A stretch of DNA of 63,850 bases, filler included, from Reclinomonas americana ATCC 50394 (lineage: Eukaryota): NCBI GenBank assembly GCA_048213135.1. It is 19 parts of 19 records of this genome, joined end to end, with 100 filler letters (N's around TTAATTAATTAA, not from the genome) between each part and the next. Parts side by side here need not be neighbours in the genome. Positions count along the whole stretch, not along the records: positions 48,237 to 50,554 come from AFZH01022369.1; positions 50,655 to 52,230 come from AFZH01022370.1; positions 52,331 to 56,595 come from AFZH01022371.1; positions 56,696 to 61,275 come from AFZH01022372.1; 15 more parts are not named here. One strand, given 5' to 3'. A model generated the notes under the pieces. The model saw only the letters and a list, made by a program, of their open reading frames with translations. It was not told the origin of the DNA and made no database searches. Made by a program: the position numbers and the translations under genes. This document shows, piece by piece, positions 48,409 through 61,375 of this stretch (the stretch's first letter is position 1; every line of letters starts with the position of its first letter).

Positions 48409-49399
48409 TCACACACTGCAATCACTCCTTCTCTCTCTTCTCCTTCTCCCTTTCCATTCTCTCTCACTCACTCACTCGCTCACTCACTCAGTTTCTTATT
48501 TCCTCTCTTCTCCTTGTCCCTCTCTCTGCGTCCCTCTCTTCTCCTGTGTCCCCTTCCACTCACCCATGCACTCTCTCACTCACTCGCTTTCTTGTGGCAC
48601 TCTTCAGTGAGAGTTGAGTGAGAGCGTGAGTTCGGCAAGCAATGCATTCTTCGCGCAATGACTGCACGTCACTCTTGAGAGTCTGCCTATTTGTGCATTC
48701 TCCTCTTCCTCCTCCTCCTCTTCTTCTTCTTCTTCTTCTTCTCGTCCTCCTCATCCCTGTTCTTCTCCTTCTCCTCCTCCTCCTCCTCCTCGTTCTTTTC
48801 TTATTCTTTCTCCTCTCATCTTCCTCTTCTTCTTCTTGTTGTTGTTGTTCTTCTTCCTCTTTTCCCTCTGTTCCTTCTTCTTCCTTTTCTTCTTCTTCTC
48901 GTCCTCCTCCTCCTCCTCCTTCTTTTCTTCTTCTCCTCCCTGTTCTTCTCCTCCTCCTCCTTCTCCTCCTCCTCCTCCTCCTCCTCCTTCTTCTTCTTCT
49001 CCTCCCTGTTCTTCTCCTTCTCCTCCTCCTCCTCCTTCTCCTCCTCCTCCTCCTTCTCCTCCACCTCTCATCTTCCTCTTCTTCTTCTTCTTCCCTGCAG
49101 TCGTCTTCCCGTCGCCCTCATTCTCTTTCCCCTCTCCCTCCTCGCACTTGTCTCTCCCACTCTCTCCTTCTCCTTTATTCACTCCCTTCCCTCTTGTGCA
49201 GTGTTTGTCAATCAGCTGGCATCAACGTCGACCAACGACTGCCTCATGTCGACGGCGCAAGTTCCGTGCCTGTCGTTGCCGGACGCGGTCACAGCATGCA
49301 CCACCAGTTCAGCGGGAGCCGGCGGCACGATTACGCTCTTGGGTCCTGTGTATAATGCGACAGGCACGGTGGTGGTGCAAGGTGAGCGCAAGTGGGGAA

Positions 49400-49430
<31 letters not shown>

Positions 49431-50362
49431 CGTGAGGTAGGGCGAGGCAGATGTGCGAAACTACTCTCCGTATTCCTCCCTTCTTTCCTCACCTTCCCCA
49501 TTTCCCCTTCCCCCTCCTTCCTCCCTTCTCCCCCCTTTTCCCCTTCCCCCTTCCACCCCCTTCCCCTTCTCCTCCTTCTCCCCACCCCAGGCGGCGCATG
49601 GACCATCCAAGGCTCCGCCTCCACCTCCGCCAACCCCACCACCTGGCTGTCCTCGAGCACACAGCTGCAAGCCATCAACGCCAACATTACGTTGGCCTAC
49701 CTGCTGCTCTCCGGCAACGCCGTCTCCACTGCACGCATGGTCAACGTCACCTCCACCGTCGCCGCCGCCGCCCCGCCATCGGCCTTGACGAACACCGCCA
49801 CGTTTCACAACATGACATTTACCAATGCGGGCGGCGGTGCCGTGTACGTCAACCAGCTGGCCAGCGTCTCCATTGTCAACTGCACTTTTTCGCAAAATTC
49901 CAACAATGGCCTGTGGGTCGCCTGGGCCGGCGCAGTCACCATCTCCGACTCGCTTTTCTATGTCAATTCAATCTCGCCGTCCCCCAGCATCCCACTTGCC
50001 GTCAATCCGTTCCCATACGCTGCCGGTGGCGGGGCCTACATTGGCACCAACGTGCTGCGCCTGTCGCAAACCACATTCAATTCGAATGCCATTGTCGGGA
50101 GCGGATTGACGCTGCTGTCGCCGCAGCTCATTGGCGGTGCCGGCGTGTTTGTGCACGGCAGTTGCGTTCCGCATTGAGAGCTCCGGCTTGGGGAGAGGAG
50201 ACTCTCAAGTTTTGCGGTGGGGGAACTACAGATGCGGCGAGCGGCATCATTGTGGCCGTCGTCAACTGCCTGTTTAACGCGAATGGAATGTCACTGTCGT
50301 CTGTGCTCAGCAGCGACACATCGCAATTCAGCGCCATTGGCGGTGAGTGGAGCGGCGGTGGA

Positions 50363-50460
<98 letters not shown>

Positions 50461-53400
50461 TACGACGTACGACGTACGTACGTACGTACGTACGTACGAC
50501 GTACGTACGTACGTACGTACGTACGTACGTAGTACGTACGTACGTACGTACGTANNNNNNNNNNNNNNNNNNNNNNNNNNNNNNNNNNNNNNNNNNNNTT
50601 AATTAATTAANNNNNNNNNNNNNNNNNNNNNNNNNNNNNNNNNNNNNNNNNNNNGAGAGAGAGAGAGAGCAGGAGAGAGTGATGTGCTTGCGAACAACCC
50701 TAGATAGATTCAGAACACAGGCTTGTAATATCGAGCTGTGAAAGATCTCTGTTCACGTACTTGCCGTCTCTCTTCCCTCTCCTTCTCCCTTTTCCTCTCG
50801 CTTCCACTTTCTTTCTTTCCCCGCTCTTCCCCCTCTCTTTTCCCCTCTCTTCCTCGTTCTTGTCCCTCCCTCTAATCCCTCCCTCTTATCCCTCTCTCTC
50901 TCCCTCTCTTTCCCTCCCCCTCCTTCCCCCCTCGCTCCCCCCCTTTCTTCCCCTCCTTCTCTTCCCTCCAGGCGCCGCCATGTTCGTGGCTTGTGCAGAC
51001 TGTCTCGGCGCCCCTGTTAATGTCACGTGGACGCAAACGACGGTCAGCACGAGCACAATCTTGGTGTCGTCTTCCGGGTGGCTCGATGTGCAGCACAATG
51101 TGCTCGGTGAGTCCACGCGCTTCATTCCCCACCACGGTCATCAGCATCGGCGCACTCATCGTGAATTGAGCGCAGGCGGCGTCGGCCTTCTCGTGTACAC
51201 GTCGTCGGCGACGGCTTCAGTGGGCACCACAGTCACGATGAACAACAGTACGTTTGCCGGCAATACGATGGCAACGATGACGAGGTATGCACTTGTCTAT
51301 GACTGGAGGCTTCTTCACACAAGTCTCTCAATCCTCGCCTCTTGCGTTACAGTCAGATAAGCCCGGTGTTGATGACCAATGGTGGCACGGGTATCATGGT
51401 GTACGCAGCCTCGCTGCAGGAGTCGGCAGCCATTAATTTCATCGACAATGGAGGAGTTGCGATGCGCCGTTGCTTCGAGGGAACCTAGTTGAATGCGCAT
51501 CTCACTCTGTTTGTGGGCAGACATACACCAACAACGCGCAGGGTTACCAGCCCGGCACCGCATCGGTGCGCGGCACATTCTGCGGCGGCAGTGTGTACCT
51601 GTGGAGTGGTGCGTTTGCCGCAAGAAGATACTCTGTTTTTCACTGCTCAAATCTTGTTGACATTATTCGCGCATGGTAGAGTCGCTCTCCAACTCGACAG
51701 CTGCGGTTTCTCTCACCACGGCCACCTTTACGGGCTCCACATTTGCCAACAACTCTGTCTCAGTGACCGGAATCGTTTCCGACACAATTGCAAACGGTGG
51801 GTGAATTCAGTTGTCGCCATGCAACTGCGGTGCTCACGGTGCTCGCATGTGTTCGCAGTGAATGGCGGCCCATGCGTCTACCTCATGTCCACCACGTGGA
51901 ACAATGCAGTGCCCTCGATCGCCGGCGTATTCCAATCTTCCTCGTTCTTGTCGAATTCGTACTCTGGTGAGGGTGGCGATGTACTCTTTCCTCGAGTGTC
52001 GGCCCGCTGCCATCCCTCTGTTCTTGCTTTTCTTTTCCCACGTTTCCCTCTTTCCCTCTTTCCCTCTTCCCTCTCCCTCTCCGTCTCCCCCTCCGTCGTT
52101 CCTCCCGTCATCCTCTTCTCTTTTCCCGCTTCCTCTCTTTCCCTCCTTCCCCTCTCTTCCCCCTCTCTTCCCCCTCCTTCTCCCTCTCTTCCCCCTCTCT
52201 TCCCCCTCCTTCTCCCTCCTTCCCCCTCTTNNNNNNNNNNNNNNNNNNNNNNNNNNNNNNNNNNNNNNNNNNNNTTAATTAATTAANNNNNNNNNNNNNN
52301 NNNNNNNNNNNNNNNNNNNNNNNNNNNNNNCCTCTCTTCCCTCTCTTCCCTCTCTTCCCCTCTCTTCCCCTCTCTTCCCCTCTCTTCCCCTTCTCTTCCC
52401 CTTCTCTTCCCCCCTTACCCATCCCCTTTTCCGTTCCCCTTTCCCTACCTCCCAGAGACCAACATGATCGGCAACGGCGGCAGCTCCAACTCTGGTGGCG
52501 GTGGAGCCATCTACGCCTTTGCCCGCCGCGCCACGGGCACTGTTGGTGTCACCAACTTGGCGCTCGTCTTCCGTTCGTGCTTCTTCCTCAGCAACGACGT
52601 ATATTCTTCTCAAGCAATGTCGGCGCTTTCTGGGTGCACCACGGGAGGCGGCGCCGTCTCGGTCTTTCTCGACTCGCGGAGCGGCTCGAGCACGCTGACT
52701 TTCGACTTGTACGACTCACAGTTCGTGGACAATGGCGTGTCTGTGACTGGTGCCATCTCCATGAATGCGTCGCTGGACATCGGTGGAGGCGGCGTAATGC
52801 TGTACTCTTCTGGATATCAGTCACCATCGGTTTCCTCTCAGGTCACCGTCTCCAACTCGACATTCACTGGGCAGCAGTTCTATTTGAATTCGTCTGCGGG
52901 TCAGACAGGTATGGGAGCTGCAAAGTATATCACCAATCGCGCCCCCACTGAGCTCACCGTTGTGCAGGTGTGTTCTCCGGTGGTGCGGCAATGGTGATTT
53001 CGGCCAATAGCGTGTACGGCTCTTCGACCCTGTCTGTGACGCTGCAAAACAAGTCCTTGTTTTCCAACAATATCCTTCGTGTTGGCTCCTCGTCGGCCTC
53101 CAGTTCTCGACTTCTTGTTGGTGGCACGGTGAGTGGGGTCGCAGCTCTGTGGTGTGCGACAGCGAGAAGAGGTTATGGCTGCTTCTCACAAGTGCATGAC
53201 GGCAGCTATACATTTTCTCACAAGCCGCAATCGGCCTTGAAGGGGCAATGTCTATTCAAGTCAACGACACGGTCTTGATAAACAATTGTTGCGATTCGAG
53301 CGTTGGTGCACTGTGAAGCACTCGTGATTTACTCATCCTTCTCAACGCAGCCATGGGAGCAACAAACAACTCTGTGATTGGTAGCGACTCGCCGGAAGGC

Positions 53401-55299
53401 ACGCTCCAGCTGGGCGGTGCTGGCCTCCTCCTTTTCTCCAAATGTTGCGTCGGTAGCGTGCGCCTTTTTGAGTTTGTCGCTGACATCGCCCTGTCTGTCC
53501 ACAGCGTACTCGTGTTCCGGAGGCACGGGCATTGGAACGACTATTGCAAACTCCCTGTTCCAGAATCTAACGTGAGCTTTTTGTGTGTTGTGGGTGGCGT
53601 GAGATGACTTTAGATCTTTATTCTCTCAGTGGTCGTCATCCTTTGCCATTCACAGCTCCGTTTATGTCAACAACAACATTGTGAATGCCACTGTCGAAAA
53701 CAACTCGTACTGTGGCGGTGGCGCGATGCACGTGTTTGCCGAGGGGTTCTTGTCCCCAGCTGCGTCTGCATTGGAAATCAGCGAGTCGATATTCGTTCTC
53801 AACTCAATCGTCAACTCTGGATCGGTTACTGGCACGACTACGTTTGCCGGTGGTGGTGCAGTGTTTGTGTACTCAAGGTGTGTGGCGGAGCTTGGCTTAA
53901 TGCATAGTGTGCGCTTATCCCGTGCATGCACCCGTAGGTCGGACACGAGTCCAAGTGGCGCATTGATGCTCTCGGAAAACTCGACGTTTTCGCTGAACCT
54001 GTTCCTCACCGATTTACCTCAATCCGTGCAAAACTTCCTGGGTGGCGGTTTGTGTGGTCGTTGTCTTTGCCATCTCTCACATATGCTGTTCTTACTCGTG
54101 CTATTTGCAGGTGCTGTCTACATGTTGGCAGAAAGTCTGACAAAAACAACGTGTGAGATGCAATTGACGCAATCAGTTCTGGCGAGCAACGACATCGGAG
54201 TCCAGGGCTCCTTCGCAAACACGGCTGCCGGTACACGGTCCTCCATTGGCGGTGGTGCGATTTCACTGCGATGCATTTGCCAGTGTGTTGCACACTCCTG
54301 TTAATGTGTGCGCATCTCCGCAGGTGCGGTGTATTTGGTGATGCCAACCACCCAGCAGCCTAGTGCGGTGCTGACGGTTCAATCGTCCACCTTCACTGGC
54401 AACACCGTGGCGTCGCCGGCTTATCCTGCTGGATCTGATGCGTCCCTAACAGTTGGTGGCGGTGGACTGCTAATGCAAGGTCCGGAGCGATATGTGCTGC
54501 GCTGTGCTTGGAGGCCTAGACTAACTGTTGACCCGCGCGCCTCGCCGTAGTGTATCCGAGTTCATTCACCCCGGTGGCAGATCTCGAGTGCATCATCATG
54601 AACTCCGTGTTTGCTTTAAGTTGCGTGCTGTGTATTTAGAGAGAGAGAGAGAGAGAGGGCGAGAGAAGGATTGGGAGAGCTCTTTGTGTGTTATTGTCTC
54701 ACTGGTATTGTGTTTGAACGACACAGATACGGCACTGGAAGGCAACGGTGGAGCTGCGGCATTTGTAGGCACGCAAGTTACCGCCACCTTTTCTCAGTTT
54801 GCACACAACTCTGGTGAGCTTTGTGTGTTGTGTGCTTCCTTCCTCTGTTTCTGGACACTGACCGGGTGCGAGACAGCCATATTGGGTGGGGCCATCTACA
54901 TTCCGTCGAATGTTCTTGTGCAAGTGGGGACAAGCACCTTTAACAATAATACAGCATCTAGTGCTGGCGGTATGCATCCAGCAGCATGGCCTTTAAGTTC
55001 GTGATGAGTGTACTCATGAATAATACTGCATGCAGGTGGATTCTATTGTCGATGCCAGCTGTCACTTCTCTACTGCACTTTCAGGTTGGTGGTAAGCTCC
55101 ACGGTGCTCATTTCTATCATCAACCAATGCGGGTATTCTCTCGCAGCAATTGCATTTCAGCCGGAGCAGGTGGCGCGATGAACATTGGACTCTCGCAAGC
55201 ATACTTTGTGTCGTCGTCATTCTCCGGAAATGTTGCAGCCACAGCAGATCAATGTTACGTGTGGCGACGGAGAGACACGAATAGAAGAGAGAAAAGGAG

Positions 55300-55353
<54 letters not shown>

Positions 55354-58300
55354 GAGAGAGGGGGGGGGAGGGAGGGAGGGAGGAATGGAAGGATGGAAAG
55401 AGTATGAGGGTGATTGCTTCTCCTTCTCGGCGTGAGGAATTCCAAACTCAGTATGCACACATATAGTTGGACTGTGAGAGATGTTGGAGAGAAGACAAGT
55501 AACGGCAACCAATAACTCGGTTTTTTGGCGGGCAGTCTCCGTTTTCTTACCCTCACTTTCTCTCTCTCTCTCTCTCTCTCTCTGCCGATTCCATTCCCTT
55601 CTGCAAGTGTCTTGTCCAGAGTGCCGCTATTGTGCTCTTGTTTGCTCACTGAGTAATTCATTTCCTATGCAGTGCAATCGTTCGGCGGAGGCATTGGGTC
55701 AGTATCCGCCCTGCTTGCTGCAAACTACTTGTCATCTCTCCTCACTCGGCTGCCTTTCGCACAGTGGCGCCGTGTACCTCGAGTCGGGCGTTCTCGGCAT
55801 CATCGGCGCCAACTTCACCCTGAACTATGCGTCGGGTTTCGGAGGCGCTATTTCTGTGTCAGGAGACTCTAATGTGGAGTCACGAACTGGCATCTACCAG
55901 GCGAACAGTGCAGGTTCCAACAAGTGCCAGTGTGATGTGCATCATGAGAGCTTGTCCCATTTTTTTCTTGGGTGCAGGTCTTGCCGGCGGAACTCTGTAT
56001 GCTGAGAGCGGTCATATTTACATCAATAGTTATGTGGCATCGCACCGGTGCAGCATGAATAGTCTGATGTTGGAGGCTGACATTCAAACACAGGCACTGT
56101 GATTATCCAGTCAGGCTACGGTCAACAGTCGCCGCTCACTGGAGGCGCATTCGTCGGCGACGGATACTCGTTGATTGTGCGCACCCTCTTTGTGATTTTT
56201 GACTGTGTCCCGTTGCATCTCACTCTCTGGCGGTCGCTTTGGCAGACAATGGAAAACTCGTACATTATTTCCAGTCGTGCTCGGGCACTCGGCCTTGCCA
56301 TCCACTTGCAGCAGGCCGCTCGGCTCAGAATGATCAATGTGACCTTTACTAATACGACGTGCGGCGGGACCTTGTGTCGTGGTGGAGCACTCTCTGCCGA
56401 CGATGCGGCGGTGGCCACGCTGGACCACGTCACCTTCCAGAATGTCACGGCTTCCGATGGGTAAGTTGTTGACGAGTCTTTTACGTATGCGCTCGTGTGT
56501 TGCTCATGTATCAATTCATTTGCAGTGGTTGCATTAGCGGTCGCAGCATGGCGCACATCAACTGCAACGATTGTGTGTTCTTTGCCTGCTCAGCTNNNNN
56601 NNNNNNNNNNNNNNNNNNNNNNNNNNNNNNNNNNNNNNNTTAATTAATTAANNNNNNNNNNNNNNNNNNNNNNNNNNNNNNNNNNNNNNNNNNNNAGGGA
56701 GGGAGGGAGGAGAGTGATTGATGGGAGAGACAGAGGGAAAGAGGGACAGAGGGAGGGAAGGAGGGAGTAGAACTGAAAGAAAGTATCAGGAGAGAGCTCG
56801 TAGACTTAAGGAGAAGAAGTGGGAAGACAAAGAGAGTTACAAGCTTGTGTGTATCTGTGCCTCTGTGTGTGTGTTTGTGTGTGTATATCGGTGTCTATGT
56901 GTGAATCGGCGCCTGTGTGTGTGCGCGCTTATATGCCTTCCTCCTCTTTCTTTGTGGTTATTAATGTTCGTGCGATTCTCCCCTCTGTGTCGTCGCAGCC
57001 GACTCGTCTGTTTTCAACGCAACTGGCAGCACCGAGTATGGATACAGTCAAGCGACTCGTGGTGGTTGCATCGCCGCCTTGGACAGCTCGCAGGCCATTT
57101 TGTCGTACGGACGGGCCGTGTCAAATATTGCTGATCTAGGCGGTGTGTGCCCTTCTTTGTACGCACAGCGCATGTTGGTTGAGCGCTTTCAGCTGATGGC
57201 ACGGAGGTGCAGGTTGTTTGTACACGCAGGACGAGGCCGCAGTATCGATCGATCATTTCCTCTTTACCGGGAACCAAGCGGGGTGAGCCATCATTATTCG
57301 CCTGATGTAGGTGATGATGATATTGCCTGTTCCTAACTTTCATTGTGCACAGCGATGGTGGTGCAATCTATTTCGGTGCGTCAACGTGATCGTTCCATCC
57401 TGCGATCATGGCCGTGTGTTGCTGATCTTGCCTGTGCAGGTGTCGGCGGCTCATCGTTGACGACCGTGGGTTTCCAAGCGAACATAGGTGCGTGTCTATA
57501 TTTCAGAGCTCTGCTCTCTTTCCGTCTGGCTACACGCTCACACCATCGTACAGCAAATCGAGGAGGTACTGCAACGTATCTCTTCCGTGTTACCTTGCTC
57601 ATGCGTTTCACCACCTCTGCGTTCATGTCATTTTTGTCAGGCGCCATTTTCCTCAACAGTACAGTTGCGACGGATCGTTGGTGTGTGTCCGGTGTGCGAA
57701 AGTCGCTAAAGTGTGTAATTGTGCAGTCGGTTCCGGGCCAGACAGCGCCATCGTCAACCGCGTGCCTCGGCACCAGCTTTTCCGATGTCGCGTATGAACT
57801 CAGTCAGGCCATCATCAGCAACGAGTTTGTGCCTACAGCTGGTAAGTGTGATCGGCAGTCGGGCGCGTTGTTTGCCAGTTACTGAATTTGTTGTTCGCTC
57901 GCGACATGCAGGATCTCCACTGGCTCCCGGTGGTGGTGGTGCTGTGGTGAGAGTGTGACGATGGAAGCATGAGAGAATATGGATGTCAGTTGTGCTCACA
58001 AACACTGCCCGCCGTTGGCAGTTTGTCGATGATACCCCCGCGTTCCTCCTGGCAGCTATCCAGTGCAATGGTGGTACAAATCCGTCGGTGGGCACCTTCT
58101 TTACCAATTACGCCGTGTACGGCAACAACACTGCCAGCAGTTGCGTTTCCGCCACCGGATTATGTCGATTTGTATGGTCGGATATGCGCCTGACTAGATC
58201 ACTTTGTAGCGCCCTATCGAGTCATCACCTCGACGACAGTCACCAACAGTTCGGTGGTGCCTGTGCCAGTCACCAATGTCGACACGCCGCCTGGTGTGCT

Positions 58301-60167
58301 GACCACTTTCAATGCCATCGTGCTCGACATGTGGAACCAGACCATTCCAACGCTTGGTGGCTTCATTGTGTCGTTGCGTGATGAGTGGGTGCAGGCAGGC
58401 CACCCAGTCACATTTGTTTCCGATGGCTCACTCTCGCGCCTCCTTTCACAGTGTGAACTGCCCCTCATGTGATCGTCAGGTTTGGTTCAGCGTCTTTGCC
58501 TCCCCCGCGAATATGTCTTCTGGTTTCATTGAATTCGCGCACAGAACTCTCTGTTGTCCACCGAGAATGGTGTTGCACGTGTGCCCCTCCGACTCGTGGG
58601 TGAGCCGCAGTCGGCGGCGAGCTCGATTTTGGTGCAGGGATCGAGCATGATGCCCACTATTCTGCCCGTCACGCTGGCCGACTGCCCTGTGGGGTCTGGG
58701 TATTCAGCGACTGAGGTATATGGGGTCAACGGAGAAGAGATATGCATCTGGAACGCTCTTTCTCACGTTGTTCTTCCTGGCTCAGGGTGTTTGTGTGTCG
58801 TGTCCGCTCAACACGTACACTCTTGTCCCATCCATGTCCACCAATTGCATCGGATGCCCGAAAGGTGCCACTTGCTCGGGTGCAGATTCTGTGGGTATGT
58901 GAGATGTGGAAGTAAGGATATCTTCCTGCGGTGCATTGATTCATTTTTCCCTGCCGCCTACCCGCAGTGATCGACACTGGCTACTGGCCTGCCATCAGTC
59001 CGGATGGCGAGCTGTACCCAATTGCCTGTCCATTTGAGGTTTGCGCCCTGCGTTTCGGAGCTCTCCGACTTTGTGCACCGCTGACTCTTACGCTTTCGCC
59101 ACGTGCAGCACTGCTCCTCCACCAAGGGCCGCAACGTTGACGTGCAACAACAATCGCCATATAGTGTAGCACGGATGAGCGCCGTGGGTGGTGGTGGCCT
59201 GCCTCCCGCTGGCCAGTTCTGCCAGTCTGGTTCGAATCGCGTCAGCACCTCGCCGCTATGCGGCCAGTGTTCCGACGGGTACTCGGAGTGGAATTTCGAA
59301 TGGTGCGTTTGTGTATTTCTTTTGTTTGCGGGCGCAAACTTGTTGATGAGGATACTCATTGTGTGTGTACATGCAGCTTGGGTTGCGTACTGCCTGACCG
59401 CGCGGTGAAAGTGCGAGCGCCTGTGACGAAACTTCCAACCCTTTCCTACCCTCTCACATGACAGAGTGCCGTGATGCCAGCGCCGGTGTCATTGCATCGC
59501 GATTGCTAGTCGTGCTCGCCTATGTTATTTTCGAGCTGCTGGCCTCGCAACGTGCCACCTCTGGCTACGTCAAGATCTTGTTCTTCACAGGTGTGTCACT
59601 GAGAGGGAGAGAAAGGAGAAAGGGGAGGGATAGGAGAAGGGGAGTGAGGGGGGAACGGGAAGAGAGAGTGGAAGGGAGAGAAGGAGGCAGGAGAAGCAAG
59701 AGGGGCGATGATCAGGTGGACAGAATCAGGGATGAAGGGGAGTTGAAAGGAACACAGGAGAACGAGAAGAAAAGCAAAGTGTCTGCGCTGATTGTTTTCC
59801 ATTTCTGTCATGCAGGTCAAACAGCAACGGTGAGGCCGGAGAGACATATCCCCGAAATATCGGCCGTGAACTCACTCTTTCCCTTTATTGTAGTTCCTGT
59901 TTTACCCCGCGTCGACGTTTGGCTCCGTGCTGTCGCTGTTCAGTATCGATCGGTTGCAGTCGCTGCAAGGACACTGCCCGTTCCCGGTGTCGCCCTACGG
60001 CGAAGTCATTGTCAATCTCAGTTGAGTGTCTTGACACGGGAGCATGGTGCCCAACTGCTATTCTGACGGCGTCCCACAGCATTCCCGTTCCTCGGCTTCG
60101 TGTTGCTGTGGCTGGTGTACTTGATGCACTCGCTTCTGGTTGTCATCTTGCAGCGATGTATGCGCAG

Positions 60168-60204
<37 letters not shown>

Positions 60205-61052
60205 GAGGATGATTTGGATTCGTCCATGGACACCGACACTCCGAGTTTCGTGGCAGCGACGACACCGATGCAAGACGACACTGCGCTGATTCGTTCATTT
60301 GCTCCGCAGGGGTAGCTCCTTCCAAGACTGGATCCAGGTGTGAGCGTATTGGGCAGGCGATTGCCAGGCGCATTATCAAGTGGCGTCGTCGCTCGGCCTA
60401 TGGTCGCACGTCTGTGGTGCTGTTCATCACGGGTACGCCGTGGTGACCAATTGTGTGCCGTGTCAGTAACTGACTCTTTGTGTGGGCAGCCTATCCGTCA
60501 TGGCTTTTTATCTGTTATACATAGTTGAGTGTATCTGTCAGAGGCTAGGGCTACACTGGTTTCTCACTCGTCCCTTTCCACGTGCAGCTTCACATGCGTC
60601 ACGGTGCCCGGATACGGTCAATTCAACCTGCTGATTCCAAGGTATGAGGCAGAGGGAAGGAGGCCCTGCCAGATTGTGTGGTGGAAGTCTGACGGTGGGC
60701 ATACGCAGCATTCAATGCACCGGCTGCAACGCGAATCAGCCGACGGAACGTTGCGAGACGTACGGACGGCTGTTCCCGCTGATTGTCGTCCTTGCAGTTT
60801 TATTCTCTCTCGTTCCTGTCATTGTCGGCTTCTTCCTGTGGTGGTTCCACTGGAGGAAAGCAGCACGTGGGCAACCGCTGGAGTTGCGTCTGTGGAAGTG
60901 GCGATGCTGATGGACAGAGTGGTGGTGCTCACTTTTGTGCAGAGGGCCGAGTGTGGACGACACGGCGACGTCGCCGAGGAATAAGACGCGTGCTGAGTAC
61001 ATGTGGGGTCCGCTGTACGAGAATTACAAGGACTCTCTGTTTTGGTTTGAAG
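47762..61052 (+). CDS. Very large multi-exon surface protein: signal peptide, Pmp-like beta-helix repeats (GGA[IV]/FxxN), Cys-rich repeats, multi-pass TM region; spans four gaps, 3'-partial
   Basis: Signal peptide MVGPLRLSSPLVQLVAALVVMAVAVTS; many GGGAVY/GGAIY and F..N motifs; CPLNTY..CIGCPKGATCSG; LCGQCSDGYSEW; TM helices with YVKILFF..GQ and WGPLYENYK..FWFE. Confidence 0.8.
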
Positions 61053-61182
61053 GTGGGTATCGTGGTGAGGGAGGGTGGGGGAAGGGAAACAAGAGGGAGT
61101 AAGGTTGAGGGATGCAGACAGCAAGGGCGATTTAGACAGCTTGCGACTGAGAAGAATACCTGTGGGTGAGTGAAAGAGGAGA

Positions 61183-61250
<68 letters not shown>

Positions 61251-61375
61251 GAGGTAGGTACGGTACGGTAACGGTNNNNNNNNNNNNNNNNNNNNNNNNN
61301 NNNNNNNNNNNNNNNNNNNTTAATTAATTAANNNNNNNNNNNNNNNNNNNNNNNNNNNNNNNNNNNNNNNNNNNN

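Noticed and set aside
48642..49440. Poly-Leu/Ser/Phe/Glu ORFs, and the poly-HT/CV/RE ORFs elsewhere
   Set aside because: Translations of intronic (CTT/CCT)n, (AC)n and (AG)n microsatellites.
48001..50554. (TACG)n and (CTAC)n runs at contig ends (48001-48120, 50461-50554, similar at 61255-61275)
   Set aside because: They follow long (AG)n tracts right at contig ends and match the TACG pyrosequencing flow order, so they are most likely read-end artefacts rather than telomeric or functional repeats.
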